DNA of 64,000 bases, from IMG/VR virus record IMGVR_UViG_3300029305_003178, positions 96,001 to 160,000 of that record; one strand, given 5' to 3'. The stretch comes from a virus. Taxonomy: Duplodnaviria; Caudoviricetes. Below the pieces are notes generated by a model, which saw only the letters and a program-made list of their open reading frames with translations, made no database searches and was not told the DNA's origin. Below, piece by piece: positions 28,296-39,349 of this stretch; within the stretch, counting starts at the first letter, position 1; every line of letters starts with the position of its first letter. A program made the translations under genes and the position numbers.

Positions 28296-30242
28296 TTAAA
28301 TATTAATCATATTACTAAAATAATCTCTTTTACTATTACCTTCAATAATATCTGCACCAAGACTTTCAAGTACAGAATAATACTTACGAAGTATATTAAA
28401 TGTAATAGTTTCATAATCAATAAATGGAACTATCCATTCTGGAAGTTGTTCCATACCTTTAGGAATAGCTAAAATCTCTAATCCTTTACTAGCAATATCT
28501 TTATTAGGATTATCTAAAATATTAGCTTTAACTCTTTCATATATTTCAGGACTTAATCTTTTTAATCTTTCAAATTCACTTTCTGTCGTTAAAGTCAATT
28601 TGATTATATCTACTTTTGCAGGAAGATTAATTACAGCGTCTGGATAAATATAATTCCATGCAATAATACCTCTTACACCCTGCATTCTAAGAGGAAATGT
28701 ATATGCTTCCAATTCTTTTACTGATGTAGGTGTAACATATGTTTTCTCTCTACTACTTAAAGAATTAACAATATCATCTTCAAACTGCTCTAATTCATAC
28801 AATACATCAGAAATATCAATATCTTTTGATAATAACAATTTATCTCTTGATATATTTGTAAATCTTTTTTCAGTATCTTCTGTAACAGTGGACTTTTTGA
28901 AATCGTGGCCTTTTACTTCCATCTTTTCAGGATAAATTTCAGAACCTTCTCTAAGTCTAATTGATGCCATATATCTTTTCTTTTTAGAGGTTGCAATGAA
29001 TCTAGGGAAATAGAATTCATTTTTCATATTAATATAACTTCTATAATCTTTTGGAATATTTGCATCTTTCGTATACTTATTTAATACTGTTTTAATCATG
29101 TAAGTAATACAATATGCAGCTGTATTAACACAGATAAATCTTAATCTATCTTCCTCTTCTTGAGAATCAATAGAAATATCACAGTGAGTTATAACCTCGT
29201 CAAATAAGAATTCAACCCATTTACCAACATTAACAATATTTGAGTCAGTATCAATTGCTATAGTTGTCTGTCGTTTATCATTTTTCAATCTCTGAATTCT
29301 TTCAAATGGGCTATGATTATATAATACAAAGTCTTTATAATAATCCCATAATTCAGCTAAATACTCTTCAGATTCTTTAGGTACATTATTCGGATCTTTA
29401 AAGTCTTTTGTATGAATAAATATATTAGATAAAATATCTTTTATTTTAGGAAGAGAAGAAAATTCATAAATATTATTTTTATAATAAATTTTATTCAATT
29501 CTTCCTGAGATAAAGACCAAAGATAATTATAAATTACATCTGTATAAGAATCATTATAATCATAAAACATTTTCATTAATCTAACAAATACATCATCTAT
29601 AGATTTATTTTCTAAGAATTCTGTATCATGATGATACTTTTCATCTATGATATTATTTATAAATGTCATACATTCTGAAATAGAATTAAATTTGACATTA
29701 TTTGTCATAAATGCTTCAAATGCTTGTTGAGTTGTACTAATTAATGACTGACCAGAACTTGTTACGGATGGAGCGGTATATTTATTATATAAGAATGATG
29801 CAACCATACCAAGACAGCCATATATAGAGTTTGTATTTACTTTTTCTGAATTCTGTTTTCTATCTAATGTTTTATATTCATAAGATCTAGGATCATGAAA
29901 TTTTAATTGTCCTTTAAATGCTTTTCGTGATGTTAAAAATTTCATAATCATTTGAGCTAATGGATTATTAACTTCATGCTGATTTTTGAAAAATACACCA
30001 AACCCTGCACAAATAGGTTTGGTGGCTTTAATCCATTCAATAACATCTAATAGTGTAGATTTCATTTGTACCCCAATGTAGTCATTATCTATAACACATT
30101 TTGGATTATATAAATTTTCCTCGATAATTTTATCGAGGAATTCATTTATTTCTTTCTTACTAACATCTGGATAAGATGCTTTTAATATTTTTGCATTTTC
30201 TTTCTTCCATTGTTTTATGAATGTATATTTAGAATACTTCAT
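28296..30242 (-). CDS. family B DNA polymerase, C-terminal subunit (motifs B and C)
   Basis: KVNTNSIYG, SVTSSGQ, IDTDS, KKRY...KGHDFKKS; lacks motif A and exonuclease. Confidence 0.9.
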   Translation of the reverse strand: MKYSKYTFIKQWKKENAKILKASYPDVSKKEINEFLDKIIEENLYNPKCVIDNDYIGVQMKSTLLDVIEWIKATKPICAGFGVFFKNQHEVNNPLAQMIMKFLTSRKAFKGQLKFHDPRSYEYKTLDRKQNSEKVNTNSIYGCLGMVASFLYNKYTAPSVTSSGQSLISTTQQAFEAFMTNNVKFNSISECMTFINNIIDEKYHHDTEFLENKSIDDVFVRLMKMFYDYNDSYTDVIYNYLWSLSQEELNKIYYKNNIYEFSSLPKIKDILSNIFIHTKDFKDPNNVPKESEEYLAELWDYYKDFVLYNHSPFERIQRLKNDKRQTTIAIDTDSNIVNVGKWVEFLFDEVITHCDISIDSQEEEDRLRFICVNTAAYCITYMIKTVLNKYTKDANIPKDYRSYINMKNEFYFPRFIATSKKKRYMASIRLREGSEIYPEKMEVKGHDFKKSTVTEDTEKRFTNISRDKLLLSKDIDISDVLYELEQFEDDIVNSLSSREKTYVTPTSVKELEAYTFPLRMQGVRGIIAWNYIYPDAVINLPAKVDIIKLTLTTESEFERLKRLSPEIYERVKANILDNPNKDIASKGLEILAIPKGMEQLPEWIVPFIDYETITFNILRKYYSVLESLGADIIEGNSKRDYFSNMINI

Positions 30243-30251
30243 TTAAACACC

Positions 30252-30680
30252 TCATCTTACTGATTTATATAAAATAATATCTTTTTCATAATCTCTAAAT
30301 GTTTCCATTATCATAGCATAAATACGATTCCAATTACCTTTATTTATTAAATTGCAACCAAAACCGTATGGTAATGCTATGGTCTTATTTGTTGTTTTTA
30401 CATAATTAAATAATTCTTGTATTTTATTGTAGTCGATTGTATTATCATTAATAACCAGACCGGCCACAATATTTTCTAATACAATATCTCCAGTAGTTGT
30501 CATATCGATAATCTCTGTATCAATATTATTATGACAAATACCTCTATATTTAATATAGAATTTAGGATAGTTCACTTTTAACCATGATAAATCCATCGGT
30601 AAATTACCATTTTTATCAACTGGTACACAAACTATATCCTCTTTATTTTTAATTAATGGTTTGAATGATATTCGTATCAT
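30252..30680 (-). CDS. macro-domain-like (ADP-ribose binding/hydrolase) protein, divergent
   Basis: DIVCVPVD..G, YPKFY..YRGIC, TIALPYGFGC....GNWNRIYAMIMETF resembles TARG1/DarG-type macro domains. Confidence 0.55.
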   Translation of the reverse strand: MIRISFKPLIKNKEDIVCVPVDKNGNLPMDLSWLKVNYPKFYIKYRGICHNNIDTEIIDMTTTGDIVLENIVAGLVINDNTIDYNKIQELFNYVKTTNKTIALPYGFGCNLINKGNWNRIYAMIMETFRDYEKDIILYKSVR

Positions 30681-30818
30681 TTAAATCATCTCCTTATACT
30701 TTTAATCTTATAAATAATATATATTTATATGTTTTTTTGTTTATTATATTTTAGTTATACGAACAAATATATAAAAATCTGTAAATTAAAAATACTTTAT
30801 ATAAAGGAGTTGACTAAC

Positions 30819-31265
30819 ATGTTATTCGATTACGAAGGTAAAGGTATCAGAGAAGAAGAAAACTCTGTTGAAACTAATCGTCTGATTATGGAAGGCGCTA
30901 TGCTGGACACAATGGACAGTGATGATATTGCTATGTTCCTGGAAAACATGGATGAAGTAAATGCTGCTATCGGTGAAGAAGTTGTTACAGAAAAAACAAT
31001 TGTTAGACTGGACAAACATGCTAAACTGTCTAAAGCTCGTAAAGCTGCAGTATTTGCAATCGCTAAAGAAAAAAAAGATAAACTGTTCAATAAACTGGTA
31101 TGGTGCTGGAAACTGGAAAGATTTATCGAAGCTAAACTGGATAAAAAATATGGTAATGAAGCTATGCGTAGAGCTAAAAAAGCTATGGCTAATTCCAAAA
31201 AATCCAAATCTAATGTAATCAAACAGGTTGCTGATAAAGCACAGAAAATGTTTGACAATAAATAA
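30819..31265 (+). CDS. putative virion protein (acidic N-terminus, basic C-terminus)
   Basis: AAGGAG RBS before ATG 30819; late promoter 30762-30773; IMEG/VTEK putative processing sites; strongly biased codon use. Confidence 0.65.
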   Translation: MLFDYEGKGIREEENSVETNRLIMEGAMLDTMDSDDIAMFLENMDEVNAAIGEEVVTEKTIVRLDKHAKLSKARKAAVFAIAKEKKDKLFNKLVWCWKLERFIEAKLDKKYGNEAMRRAKKAMANSKKSKSNVIKQVADKAQKMFDNK

Positions 31266-31416
31266 GTTTGTGCTTATGGGTATTACCCGATTTTTCATAT
31301 TTGAGAGTATATACATTTAGTATATACTCTCATTTTTAACTGAGTTTTTGTTTATATATTATATTTATGAACTTTAAAAGATGTTACCACATCTTATTAA
31401 GAAAGGTGGTATTAAT

Positions 31417-33276
31417 ATGAAATTTTTACCAGATAATATAAATAAAGATGATATAATGTTATTAGATGTAAAGTATGTTAGAGGTAATAAATCTAATGAT
31501 TATACTGATACATTATATATCGTATATAAAGAAATATCTACAGGTACTAAAAAACTATACACGATAAATAAACCTGAAATAGATATTTATTTTACTAAAG
31601 AAGAATTTAGAGATTATGATTATAATAAAACATTCATGGAATTAGAAAAAACAGAAAAAATCAGATGTAGATATACGTCAATTCCATGGACTATTGCTAA
31701 AACTGCTGGTGGAGAATATGAGCAAGCATTAAAGCAAATGATGGAAAAAGGTGATTTTAGATCTAAAGACAAAATGAATCTTTATCCATATGTATTCGGA
31801 TCTGATTTACCAATTGATGCATTCTATAGAGTTAACTGGTTGTTAAATTATGATAATGATGCTGAAAAACATCCTACAAAACAGTTCCTAGATATCGAGG
31901 TAGATACAATAAGTATTCCTGGATTTCCAAAGCCTGGTGAATGCCCTATTAATGCAGTATCATTGGTAGATGAACCCACTAAGACCGTATATACATTTTT
32001 ATTAGAAAATGAGGCTAATCCTCAAATACAAGAATTCAAAGAAAATATCAATGATATCATACAAGAAGCTCATGAAATGTTTGATGAGTCTTATGGTATA
32101 TTTGATTATAAAATATTCATGTATCGTGAAGAAGATGAATTAGAAATGATCATTGATATATTTAAGTTAATAAACACATTAAAAACGGATTTCCTTCTTG
32201 TATGGAATGCTGGATTCGACTTACCATACTTTGTTGCACGTATTGAAAAGTTGGGTGGAGATCCAACTGAGATAATTTGTCATAAAGATTTTAAAAATAA
32301 AGTATGTTACTATAAAAAAGATGAAAAGAATTTTAAAGTAGCTAATAAGAGTGACGCATTTATTTGTACATCATATACAAAATATGTAGACCAAATGATC
32401 TTATATGCAGCAACTAGAAAAGGACAAAAAGAACTTAGAAGTAATTCTTTAAACTATACTGGCAGAGATGAGCTTGGTGATGAAAAAATTGACTATACAG
32501 AAGATGCCAATATTAAAACTTTACCGTATGTAAACTATAAACTCTTCTATTTATATAACGTAAAGGATACTCTTCTGCAGTACGGTATTGAGAAAAAAGT
32601 AAATGATATAGATAACTTATATCTTAGAACATATTCCAACTGTACAGGGTATGATCAAATCTTTAAACAAACAGTAATGTTAAAATCTAGAGCATATTAT
32701 GAATTCTTATTACAAGGACTTATTTTAGGTAATAACATTAATGTACATATACAACATGGTGATTCTACATTTAGTGGTGCATTGGTAGGTGACCCTAGAT
32801 TAAATGACTTTTGTGGCGTAATGTTATTTGGTAAACGAAGTATGTTTATCTTTAACGATGCTATCGATTTTGACTTTTCTAGTATGTATCCTCATATCAT
32901 CATATCTTTCAATATTGAACGTAATACTCTCGTTGGTAAACTCATCATACTTGATGATGAATTTAATGTTGATAGATACATTCATGGATTCGATGGTATC
33001 GATGTGGATACAAATAAATGGAATTCTTCTGACGACGATGACGACGATGAAGAAAAAGAAGCTGATTTAAAATATGATGGTGGTGCAGATTTTATGGATA
33101 ACTATCTAACAGGAGATATTTTATCTATGGGTACTAAATGGTTTAAGCTTCCTACAATAAGTGAAATAGATTCTAAATTTAAAGAAGAAATGAATATTAG
33201 ACCGTATAAGAGATTTTCTTTAAAACGTATTGCTAATAAGATTATTGATAATTTTAGTATTAAATTAGGTGATTAA
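31417..33276 (+). CDS. family B DNA polymerase, N-terminal subunit (3'-5' exonuclease + motif A)
   Basis: Exo I LDIEVD, Exo II WNAGFDLPY, Exo III YNVKD, FSGALV, motif A DFDFSSMYP; early promoter 31353-31362. Confidence 0.9.
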   Translation: MKFLPDNINKDDIMLLDVKYVRGNKSNDYTDTLYIVYKEISTGTKKLYTINKPEIDIYFTKEEFRDYDYNKTFMELEKTEKIRCRYTSIPWTIAKTAGGEYEQALKQMMEKGDFRSKDKMNLYPYVFGSDLPIDAFYRVNWLLNYDNDAEKHPTKQFLDIEVDTISIPGFPKPGECPINAVSLVDEPTKTVYTFLLENEANPQIQEFKENINDIIQEAHEMFDESYGIFDYKIFMYREEDELEMIIDIFKLINTLKTDFLLVWNAGFDLPYFVARIEKLGGDPTEIICHKDFKNKVCYYKKDEKNFKVANKSDAFICTSYTKYVDQMILYAATRKGQKELRSNSLNYTGRDELGDEKIDYTEDANIKTLPYVNYKLFYLYNVKDTLLQYGIEKKVNDIDNLYLRTYSNCTGYDQIFKQTVMLKSRAYYEFLLQGLILGNNINVHIQHGDSTFSGALVGDPRLNDFCGVMLFGKRSMFIFNDAIDFDFSSMYPHIIISFNIERNTLVGKLIILDDEFNVDRYIHGFDGIDVDTNKWNSSDDDDDDEEKEADLKYDGGADFMDNYLTGDILSMGTKWFKLPTISEIDSKFKEEMNIRPYKRFSLKRIANKIIDNFSIKLGD

Positions 33277-33940
33277 TATGATCAAGATAGAATTAACTAA
33301 AAAATTTAAAAAGAAATTATATGATATAAATCAGGATATGAAAACATTATTTTTTAAATATAATATTTATCCTGATAATATTATTATATCTAATAATTTG
33401 GATATGCCTTCTTTTCATGGTGCTAAATTAATTGATAGAATTGATTTTCCAGATGAATTTGATAGCATTGTATTATCGTTACACTCTAGACAGATATATG
33501 ATGTTTATAGCGATCATAAATCTGAATTAGATTATATATTTTTGGTTAATGGATTTATTTATTTAGGTAATGATGAAACTAAATATGAGATAGGTTCTTA
33601 TTATAGTGAAGATGGGACGAATTCATTAAAATTTGTAGGACTTAAACAACACACTACAGAAATAATAAATGAATTTAATCCGACTATATCGCTCGATAGT
33701 GAAAAAATAGAGAAATTATATAAAGGGAGCCTTATTAAAATAGCACCAGAAAATAAAAAATATAAAACTAGATTAAGTAAAGGGGTAGTACCTGGGTTAA
33801 AAAAATCTAGTTTATTGGATATAGAATTTCACGACCATGAAGAGAATGATTTTCTATATTTTATAACACTAAGAAATACTAGAAACAAAGTATACACATA
33901 TCATGAAAGAATGTGTATAGTAATTAAAGCAAAGGATTAA
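33269..33940 (+). CDS. hypothetical protein coupled to the DNA polymerase gene
   Basis: 223-aa ORF overlapping the polymerase stop. Confidence 0.7.
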   Translation: MINMIKIELTKKFKKKLYDINQDMKTLFFKYNIYPDNIIISNNLDMPSFHGAKLIDRIDFPDEFDSIVLSLHSRQIYDVYSDHKSELDYIFLVNGFIYLGNDETKYEIGSYYSEDGTNSLKFVGLKQHTTEIINEFNPTISLDSEKIEKLYKGSLIKIAPENKKYKTRLSKGVVPGLKKSSLLDIEFHDHEENDFLYFITLRNTRNKVYTYHERMCIVIKAKD

Positions 33941-33955
33941 TTTCCTTTGCTTTTT

Positions 33956-33991
33956 ATCCGTATTTTGAGAATTTTCGATTATATATTATTA
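33956..33991 (+). promoter_or_regulatory. extended early promoter, copy 1
   Basis: ATCCGTATTTTGAGAATTTTCGATTATATATTATTA, identical to 41962-41997. Confidence 0.75.
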
Positions 33992-33994
33992 ATG

Positions 33995-34142
33995 TGATAT
34001 AAAGATAAGATTAAAATCTTTATATCATTTGTCATATACATATCTTCTACATATTGGAAAGGTAAGAATTGATGTGTAACATTTAAAAAACATATGTTTT
34101 TTAGTACAGGTGTATTTAGCGACTGCACCTGTATTTTTTTTT
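33995..34142 (+). ncRNA. candidate small RNA
   Basis: Between an early promoter and a terminator (TACAGGTG..CACCTGTA + T-run); no RBS/ORF; 5' hairpin TGATATAAAGAT/ATCTTTATATCA. Confidence 0.45.
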
Positions 34143-34200
34143 ATCAATTTCTCATCTATTTTAACCCAAAGAACAACTTAGTAAGTATAATAGTAAATTA

Positions 34201-36474
34201 TTGAAGGAAGTGATGAAATTGGCTAAGCAAAATACAAACACCAGAGGTGTTGAAAAAGAAATAATGGATTTAAATAAAACTAATGCTGATGTTATAGGTA
34301 AAATAAATCAGCAGGTTTATTATAAAGATACGGAACGACAAAAAGAATTAGAATATTTAGATTCTAAATTAGATAGAATTATCTCTAAAGAATTAAATAG
34401 CACCAAAAGTATTACATCGGATGAAATGTCTACTTTCATGGTTAAATTATTTAATGAAATGGATGATAATACTAATAAGAATATTAAATCCATTGAAGAT
34501 ATATTTAGCGGTGGCGAAAATCATTTAATGGAGTTTTTCCAGAATAGATATCAAAACTTTAATTTATTATATGAAGATCTCAAAATGGTCACACAACAGT
34601 TATCCGAATTAGAAGAAGCTGTTATGACCACTAGAGATGCTATTGTTACTACAGATGATATAAGTACTACAGTATCTAGAACTATTGAATTCTTACGGGA
34701 AAATAAAGATAATAGTGAGTATGGAACTTATATCAATACAGTAGAAGATTTAGAGGATAAACTAAAACTTCAGCAGAAATTAAAAAATATTATTATTCCA
34801 AATGTATTGACATATGGTAAATATTATACATATACAGTACCATATAAAAAACTTTTTGCTGATCATCATTATAGAAAAACTAAAGATTCTAAATATATGG
34901 ATAATTCAATTAAATCTAAAACCAAATCTTTATCAGAATCTATAAGTGATGATGCTGATTTTATTAAAGTTTTCAAAGAAGATCTTAAATCTATAGATTC
35001 TACAACAAATGTTAGTGAAAATACTATCAAGAAAACATTGACATCATATACGGAATCTATTCAAGTATCTAATGATGAAGTATCCATTCCTATATTAGAA
35101 GGATTAGATATCGATTCATTAATGGATTATGCAAAATTCAAATCATCTGTAGATAAAGCTACAAAAGATTTGAATAAAGAGATTAAAGCATCTCCAGATG
35201 GTCTTGCAGAAATGAAAGAATCTGAAAAGATGTTTGAAGATATTTCTGGTTGCTATATCAAATATATTGAACCAAAAAAATTAATTCCTATTGATTTATT
35301 AGATCATAGACTTGGCTATTATTATATGCATGATGTTGATTTTCAGGTAAATAAATCACCATTTGCAACTGCAATTACAGTATCTAATACAGCAGCAAAT
35401 CCTAAAATGCATGAAGATGTAGAAGCTATGTTTATGTCAAGAATTACAGATAAAATCGTTAAATCTTTTGATAAAAAATTCTTAGAAAATAATGCTAAGT
35501 TTAAAGATTTAATTCTTAATGCTCTTGTATATAATGATTTATATAAAAGAAATATTAGATTCCAATTTATTCCTGCAGAATATATTACAGAGTTTAAAGT
35601 TAATGAAGATGAAAATGGTGAAGGTAGATCCATTTTAATTAAATCTTTATTCTATGCTAAATTATATTTAGCATTATTAATTTTTAAAATGATCTCTATT
35701 ATTACTAGATCGAATGATACAAAAATTAACTATATTAAAAACTCTGGTATTGATTCCAATATTATTAACAGAACACAGGAAGTTGCTCGTGCCATAAAAG
35801 GACGTCAGATAAACTTCATGGATCTGTTAAACTACAACTCAATTATCTCTAAAATTGGTGCCTATAAAGAATTATTTATCCCTATGGGTAGAAATGGTGA
35901 TAGAGGTATTGAATTTGATATCTTATCTGGTCAGGATGTTCCTCTTAATACGGAATTAATGGAAATGTTAAGATCTAATATGATATCATCTACTGGTGTA
36001 CCATCTGTTATCATGAACTATGTAAATGAAGTAGATTTTGCTAAAACACTTGCAATGGCAAACTCTAAATTCGTAGGTCGTGTAATTTCTTTACAGATTG
36101 ACTGTAACGTGGGCACAACAGAATTTTATAAAAAAATTATGAAATTTTCTGATGTTAGTATACCTGATGATGTCATTGATAAATTCATATTTAAATTCAA
36201 TGCACCTAAGACATTGAATACTATGAATATGACAGATATGATCAATAATGCTGATCAGGTTGCATCTGCAGCAATTAAAGCTATTACAGGTGAAAATAGT
36301 GATCCTGATGGCGATGCAAATAAATTAAAAGATTTATTATACAATAAAATCATGAGAGATTTACTTCCTATGATGAATTGGGATTCTTTTGATAAAGCGT
36401 ATGAAGATGCTAAAATAGAATTAGCTAGATTAAAAGCGACACCTAAGAAAACAGAAGAATCTGACAGTTATTAA
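34201..36474 (+). CDS. portal protein
   Basis: ~755-aa late gene (promoter 34172-34183); LTYGKYY, GRSILIKSLFYAKLY, STGVPSVIM patterns typical of portal; next to tube/sheath. Confidence 0.65.
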   Translation: MKEVMKLAKQNTNTRGVEKEIMDLNKTNADVIGKINQQVYYKDTERQKELEYLDSKLDRIISKELNSTKSITSDEMSTFMVKLFNEMDDNTNKNIKSIEDIFSGGENHLMEFFQNRYQNFNLLYEDLKMVTQQLSELEEAVMTTRDAIVTTDDISTTVSRTIEFLRENKDNSEYGTYINTVEDLEDKLKLQQKLKNIIIPNVLTYGKYYTYTVPYKKLFADHHYRKTKDSKYMDNSIKSKTKSLSESISDDADFIKVFKEDLKSIDSTTNVSENTIKKTLTSYTESIQVSNDEVSIPILEGLDIDSLMDYAKFKSSVDKATKDLNKEIKASPDGLAEMKESEKMFEDISGCYIKYIEPKKLIPIDLLDHRLGYYYMHDVDFQVNKSPFATAITVSNTAANPKMHEDVEAMFMSRITDKIVKSFDKKFLENNAKFKDLILNALVYNDLYKRNIRFQFIPAEYITEFKVNEDENGEGRSILIKSLFYAKLYLALLIFKMISIITRSNDTKINYIKNSGIDSNIINRTQEVARAIKGRQINFMDLLNYNSIISKIGAYKELFIPMGRNGDRGIEFDILSGQDVPLNTELMEMLRSNMISSTGVPSVIMNYVNEVDFAKTLAMANSKFVGRVISLQIDCNVGTTEFYKKIMKFSDVSIPDDVIDKFIFKFNAPKTLNTMNMTDMINNADQVASAAIKAITGENSDPDGDANKLKDLLYNKIMRDLLPMMNWDSFDKAYEDAKIELARLKATPKKTEESDSY

Positions 36475-36487
36475 TAATTAGTAAATA

Positions 36488-36525
36488 AATAACCCCATAT
36501 GGATAATTCCATATGGGGTTATTAT
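36488..36525. terminator. bidirectional terminator between convergent portal and tube genes
   Basis: AATAACCCCATATGGA/TCCATATGGGGTTATT inverted repeat. Confidence 0.8.
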
Positions 36526-36539
36526 TTTATTTATATTAA

Positions 36540-37385
36540 TTATTCATTAGTTAAGTCCTGGTTATATTTTGAAGGCCAGTTATTTACACGGTATTTAGGA
36601 TGTGAATCAACATCTTTCTGAGTATATTCAGAATTGAATTCCATGTAATTTTCCATAACTCTGAATTTATCAATCAGTGCTTTAGCAACTTCATTGATCT
36701 GAGGAGATTCATATTTGTTAACAGTAAATTCGATTTCTGTTTTAACAATCTGATGATCGCCTGCTTCGTAGTTAAAGTGGTCTTTCTTAACCTGTTTAGG
36801 AATCATGTTTGTCAGCAGACAAGCATATTCAATCCCGTCAGAACGACCTGTAGGATCTGTCATAATGTAGATAGCTTCTGCTACATGGTTATACTGAGCA
36901 TATTTAATACCCTGATCGATTGCACCATGGTAATGACCTAAGCCAGTGTGTGCATCAGAAATACCATTAATCCACATATCTGTATATTCTCTAACAGGAG
37001 AGCCAGCGAATTCATACAGACCAATTGTGATGGATGTTGTACCATCTTTTGCAACAGTACCAACTTCGAAGGATTTACCAGCATAACCACCTTCAATTGT
37101 AGCTGTTTCCAGTTCTACGTTACCGATACCCTGGATAGATGTGAAGCCATATTCCAGTAAGTGTCTAATACGTCTTGTTTCATTAGGCATAATTTCCTGC
37201 ATGAAAACTGGCATCTTGATAAAGAAGATACGAGCGTAACCAGTTTTTAAAGGATCGTACTGTTCCAGTGATTTCTGAGTTACGTTTAAGCCACCAAGGA
37301 AAATGGAATAATTAGTAATAAAGTCCTTATCATACTTTTTAATATTAGACTGTAATGTATTTACAGTTGTTTTAGTACCTGCCAT
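36540..37385 (-). CDS. tail tube protein
   Basis: 281-aa gene directly downstream of the sheath gene; highly biased codons. Confidence 0.7.
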   Translation of the reverse strand: MAGTKTTVNTLQSNIKKYDKDFITNYSIFLGGLNVTQKSLEQYDPLKTGYARIFFIKMPVFMQEIMPNETRRIRHLLEYGFTSIQGIGNVELETATIEGGYAGKSFEVGTVAKDGTTSITIGLYEFAGSPVREYTDMWINGISDAHTGLGHYHGAIDQGIKYAQYNHVAEAIYIMTDPTGRSDGIEYACLLTNMIPKQVKKDHFNYEAGDHQIVKTEIEFTVNKYESPQINEVAKALIDKFRVMENYMEFNSEYTQKDVDSHPKYRVNNWPSKYNQDLTNE

Positions 37386-37408
37386 TATTCTTCACTCCTT
37401 TCCTTGGA

Positions 37409-39292
37409 TTATACTCTTTTATTAATATCGATTTCGATAATACCACGTTTAGCAAGAGTTTTGAATGTAACTGCTAAATAGCAATGCAGAATACTTCTTT
37501 CTTCTTCCCAAGGATTCATATCGAAATAAACACTAAAGTCTCTGAGTTTCTTATTTCTATAATCTGCAAACATTCTGTCAGCTGCTTCACCAAACAGAAC
37601 TCTGTCTTCGGCTTCTGCGAAGTTATACAGTTTAGAAGCTACGAATTCTTCCAGCTGTCTCTTCATATCCAGCATAACAGCAACGTTGTTTTCTTCAGAC
37701 AGGTCAGACCATACAGTCTGAGATGTACCCTGACAACCTCTAACGAATGTATTTTCTGCAATACATTCAACATAGTTGAATCTGGATGTATAAATTTCTT
37801 CTTTAACTTCCAGATCATCTGCATCGATTGCAGGGATAAGGGAATTTTTAACATGGTTATCAATCATTGCATAACCTTCACCTACAAAAGGAATCTGTTC
37901 ACCAAATGTTTTGTAGTGTGTAGGTAAATTACCTGCTAACCAATATGTGATTGTAACAGGAATGATTTTACCATTGAATGGATCTCTGATTTTATAGTGC
38001 TGCATTTCTTTAGAGATGATTCTATCATCAATTTCCTGCAGGTTATATTTCATTACTCTAAACTGATTCATGTTGTAAATGAAACCAGAGTCTAAAATAC
38101 CACGAGCATCATATCTATGCAGAATTAAACCAGCCAGAGCCAGTTTAACATCTAAACTATAACCAGCGTCCATGATCAGTTCACAAGGAACTCTACGTTT
38201 ACTCTTGATGGTTCTGTCGTAAGGTTCTTCACCATTAAATGCTTTAATAAATTCTGCATCCATAGCAGCATTTCTAACTTCAGCACTAACAGTAGAAGCA
38301 AATTCACCATCATCACCGCCCATTAAAGCGATACCATCTGTAGCATCAAAAGCAATACCAGATTCAATAACTAAACCGTTATTGGGTGCTAAAGCTTTTG
38401 TCATACCAAAGATGAAGTCAAATTTAGTAAAATCAACAATTTCAGGCAGTGGTGTACCAATAGGCTGACCACTAATATCTGTAACATGTTCTTTATACAT
38501 GTTGTAGATAATTTCAAAATTGGATCTGCTGATATAAGAAGCAATTTTAGAACTGCCTGCTTCAGCATCTTCTAAAACATCATCTAAGAACAGAGATTCA
38601 CCAAGGTAGATTGCAGCTTCATAAAGTGCACCACGGAAAAACTCTTTCTTTGTCAGACCGTCTGCACTATCTAAAACTTCAAATGTGTAGTTTTTGAAAT
38701 CATTTTCAGCATCTGTTAATACATCAGATGTGATTCTAAATCTCAGTGTGTTACCATACGCACCTCTACCTTTTGCGTAGATACCCATGATGGGAACTGT
38801 TAAGTAACCTTCATCATCAACTTCATTGGGATTGATTTCAACACCATCGATAGATGCTGCAATCATATCTTTATTTGTTAAGTTAGCGAAAGGTTCACTA
38901 ACGTATTTAACTTTGAAAATATTTTTACCTTCAGCGTTTACATCTTTTTTAACTTTAGCACTAATAATAGTGTTAGCATAAGATGCAGACTGAGGCATAA
39001 TTCTCATACAATATACTTTTGCATTACCAGACTTCAGTGCAGCATAAGCATTGTACTGAGGCTGACCATACAGAGCATAGTTGGGAGTACCATATTCTTC
39101 TAAGAATGATTTTGTTTCACTATAAGGTTTAATAACTGAGTCTTCACCTTTAGGAGACGCGAATACACATAACAATCTAACGCCATTGTCAGCTGCTGTT
39201 GCAGTTGTATCTGTAAAAATGCTATTATCATTGATATATGTCTGCACGTGAGGGTGAAGCCAGTTGGGAATGATTTGTCCCTGTCTAGGCAT
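37409..39292 (-). CDS. tail sheath protein
   Basis: PHVQTYIND, FLEEYGTP, LMGGDDG, C-terminal LSEENNV..LYNF..VTFKTLAKRGIIEIDI pattern; late promoter 39318-39329. Confidence 0.8.
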   Translation of the reverse strand: MPRQGQIIPNWLHPHVQTYINDNSIFTDTTATAADNGVRLLCVFASPKGEDSVIKPYSETKSFLEEYGTPNYALYGQPQYNAYAALKSGNAKVYCMRIMPQSASYANTIISAKVKKDVNAEGKNIFKVKYVSEPFANLTNKDMIAASIDGVEINPNEVDDEGYLTVPIMGIYAKGRGAYGNTLRFRITSDVLTDAENDFKNYTFEVLDSADGLTKKEFFRGALYEAAIYLGESLFLDDVLEDAEAGSSKIASYISRSNFEIIYNMYKEHVTDISGQPIGTPLPEIVDFTKFDFIFGMTKALAPNNGLVIESGIAFDATDGIALMGGDDGEFASTVSAEVRNAAMDAEFIKAFNGEEPYDRTIKSKRRVPCELIMDAGYSLDVKLALAGLILHRYDARGILDSGFIYNMNQFRVMKYNLQEIDDRIISKEMQHYKIRDPFNGKIIPVTITYWLAGNLPTHYKTFGEQIPFVGEGYAMIDNHVKNSLIPAIDADDLEVKEEIYTSRFNYVECIAENTFVRGCQGTSQTVWSDLSEENNVAVMLDMKRQLEEFVASKLYNFAEAEDRVLFGEAADRMFADYRNKKLRDFSVYFDMNPWEEERSILHCYLAVTFKTLAKRGIIEIDINKRV

Positions 39293-39349
39293 GCGAATTA
39301 CCTCCTTTTTAATATTTTATAAAATTGTTCATCATAGGTTTTCTAAAGC

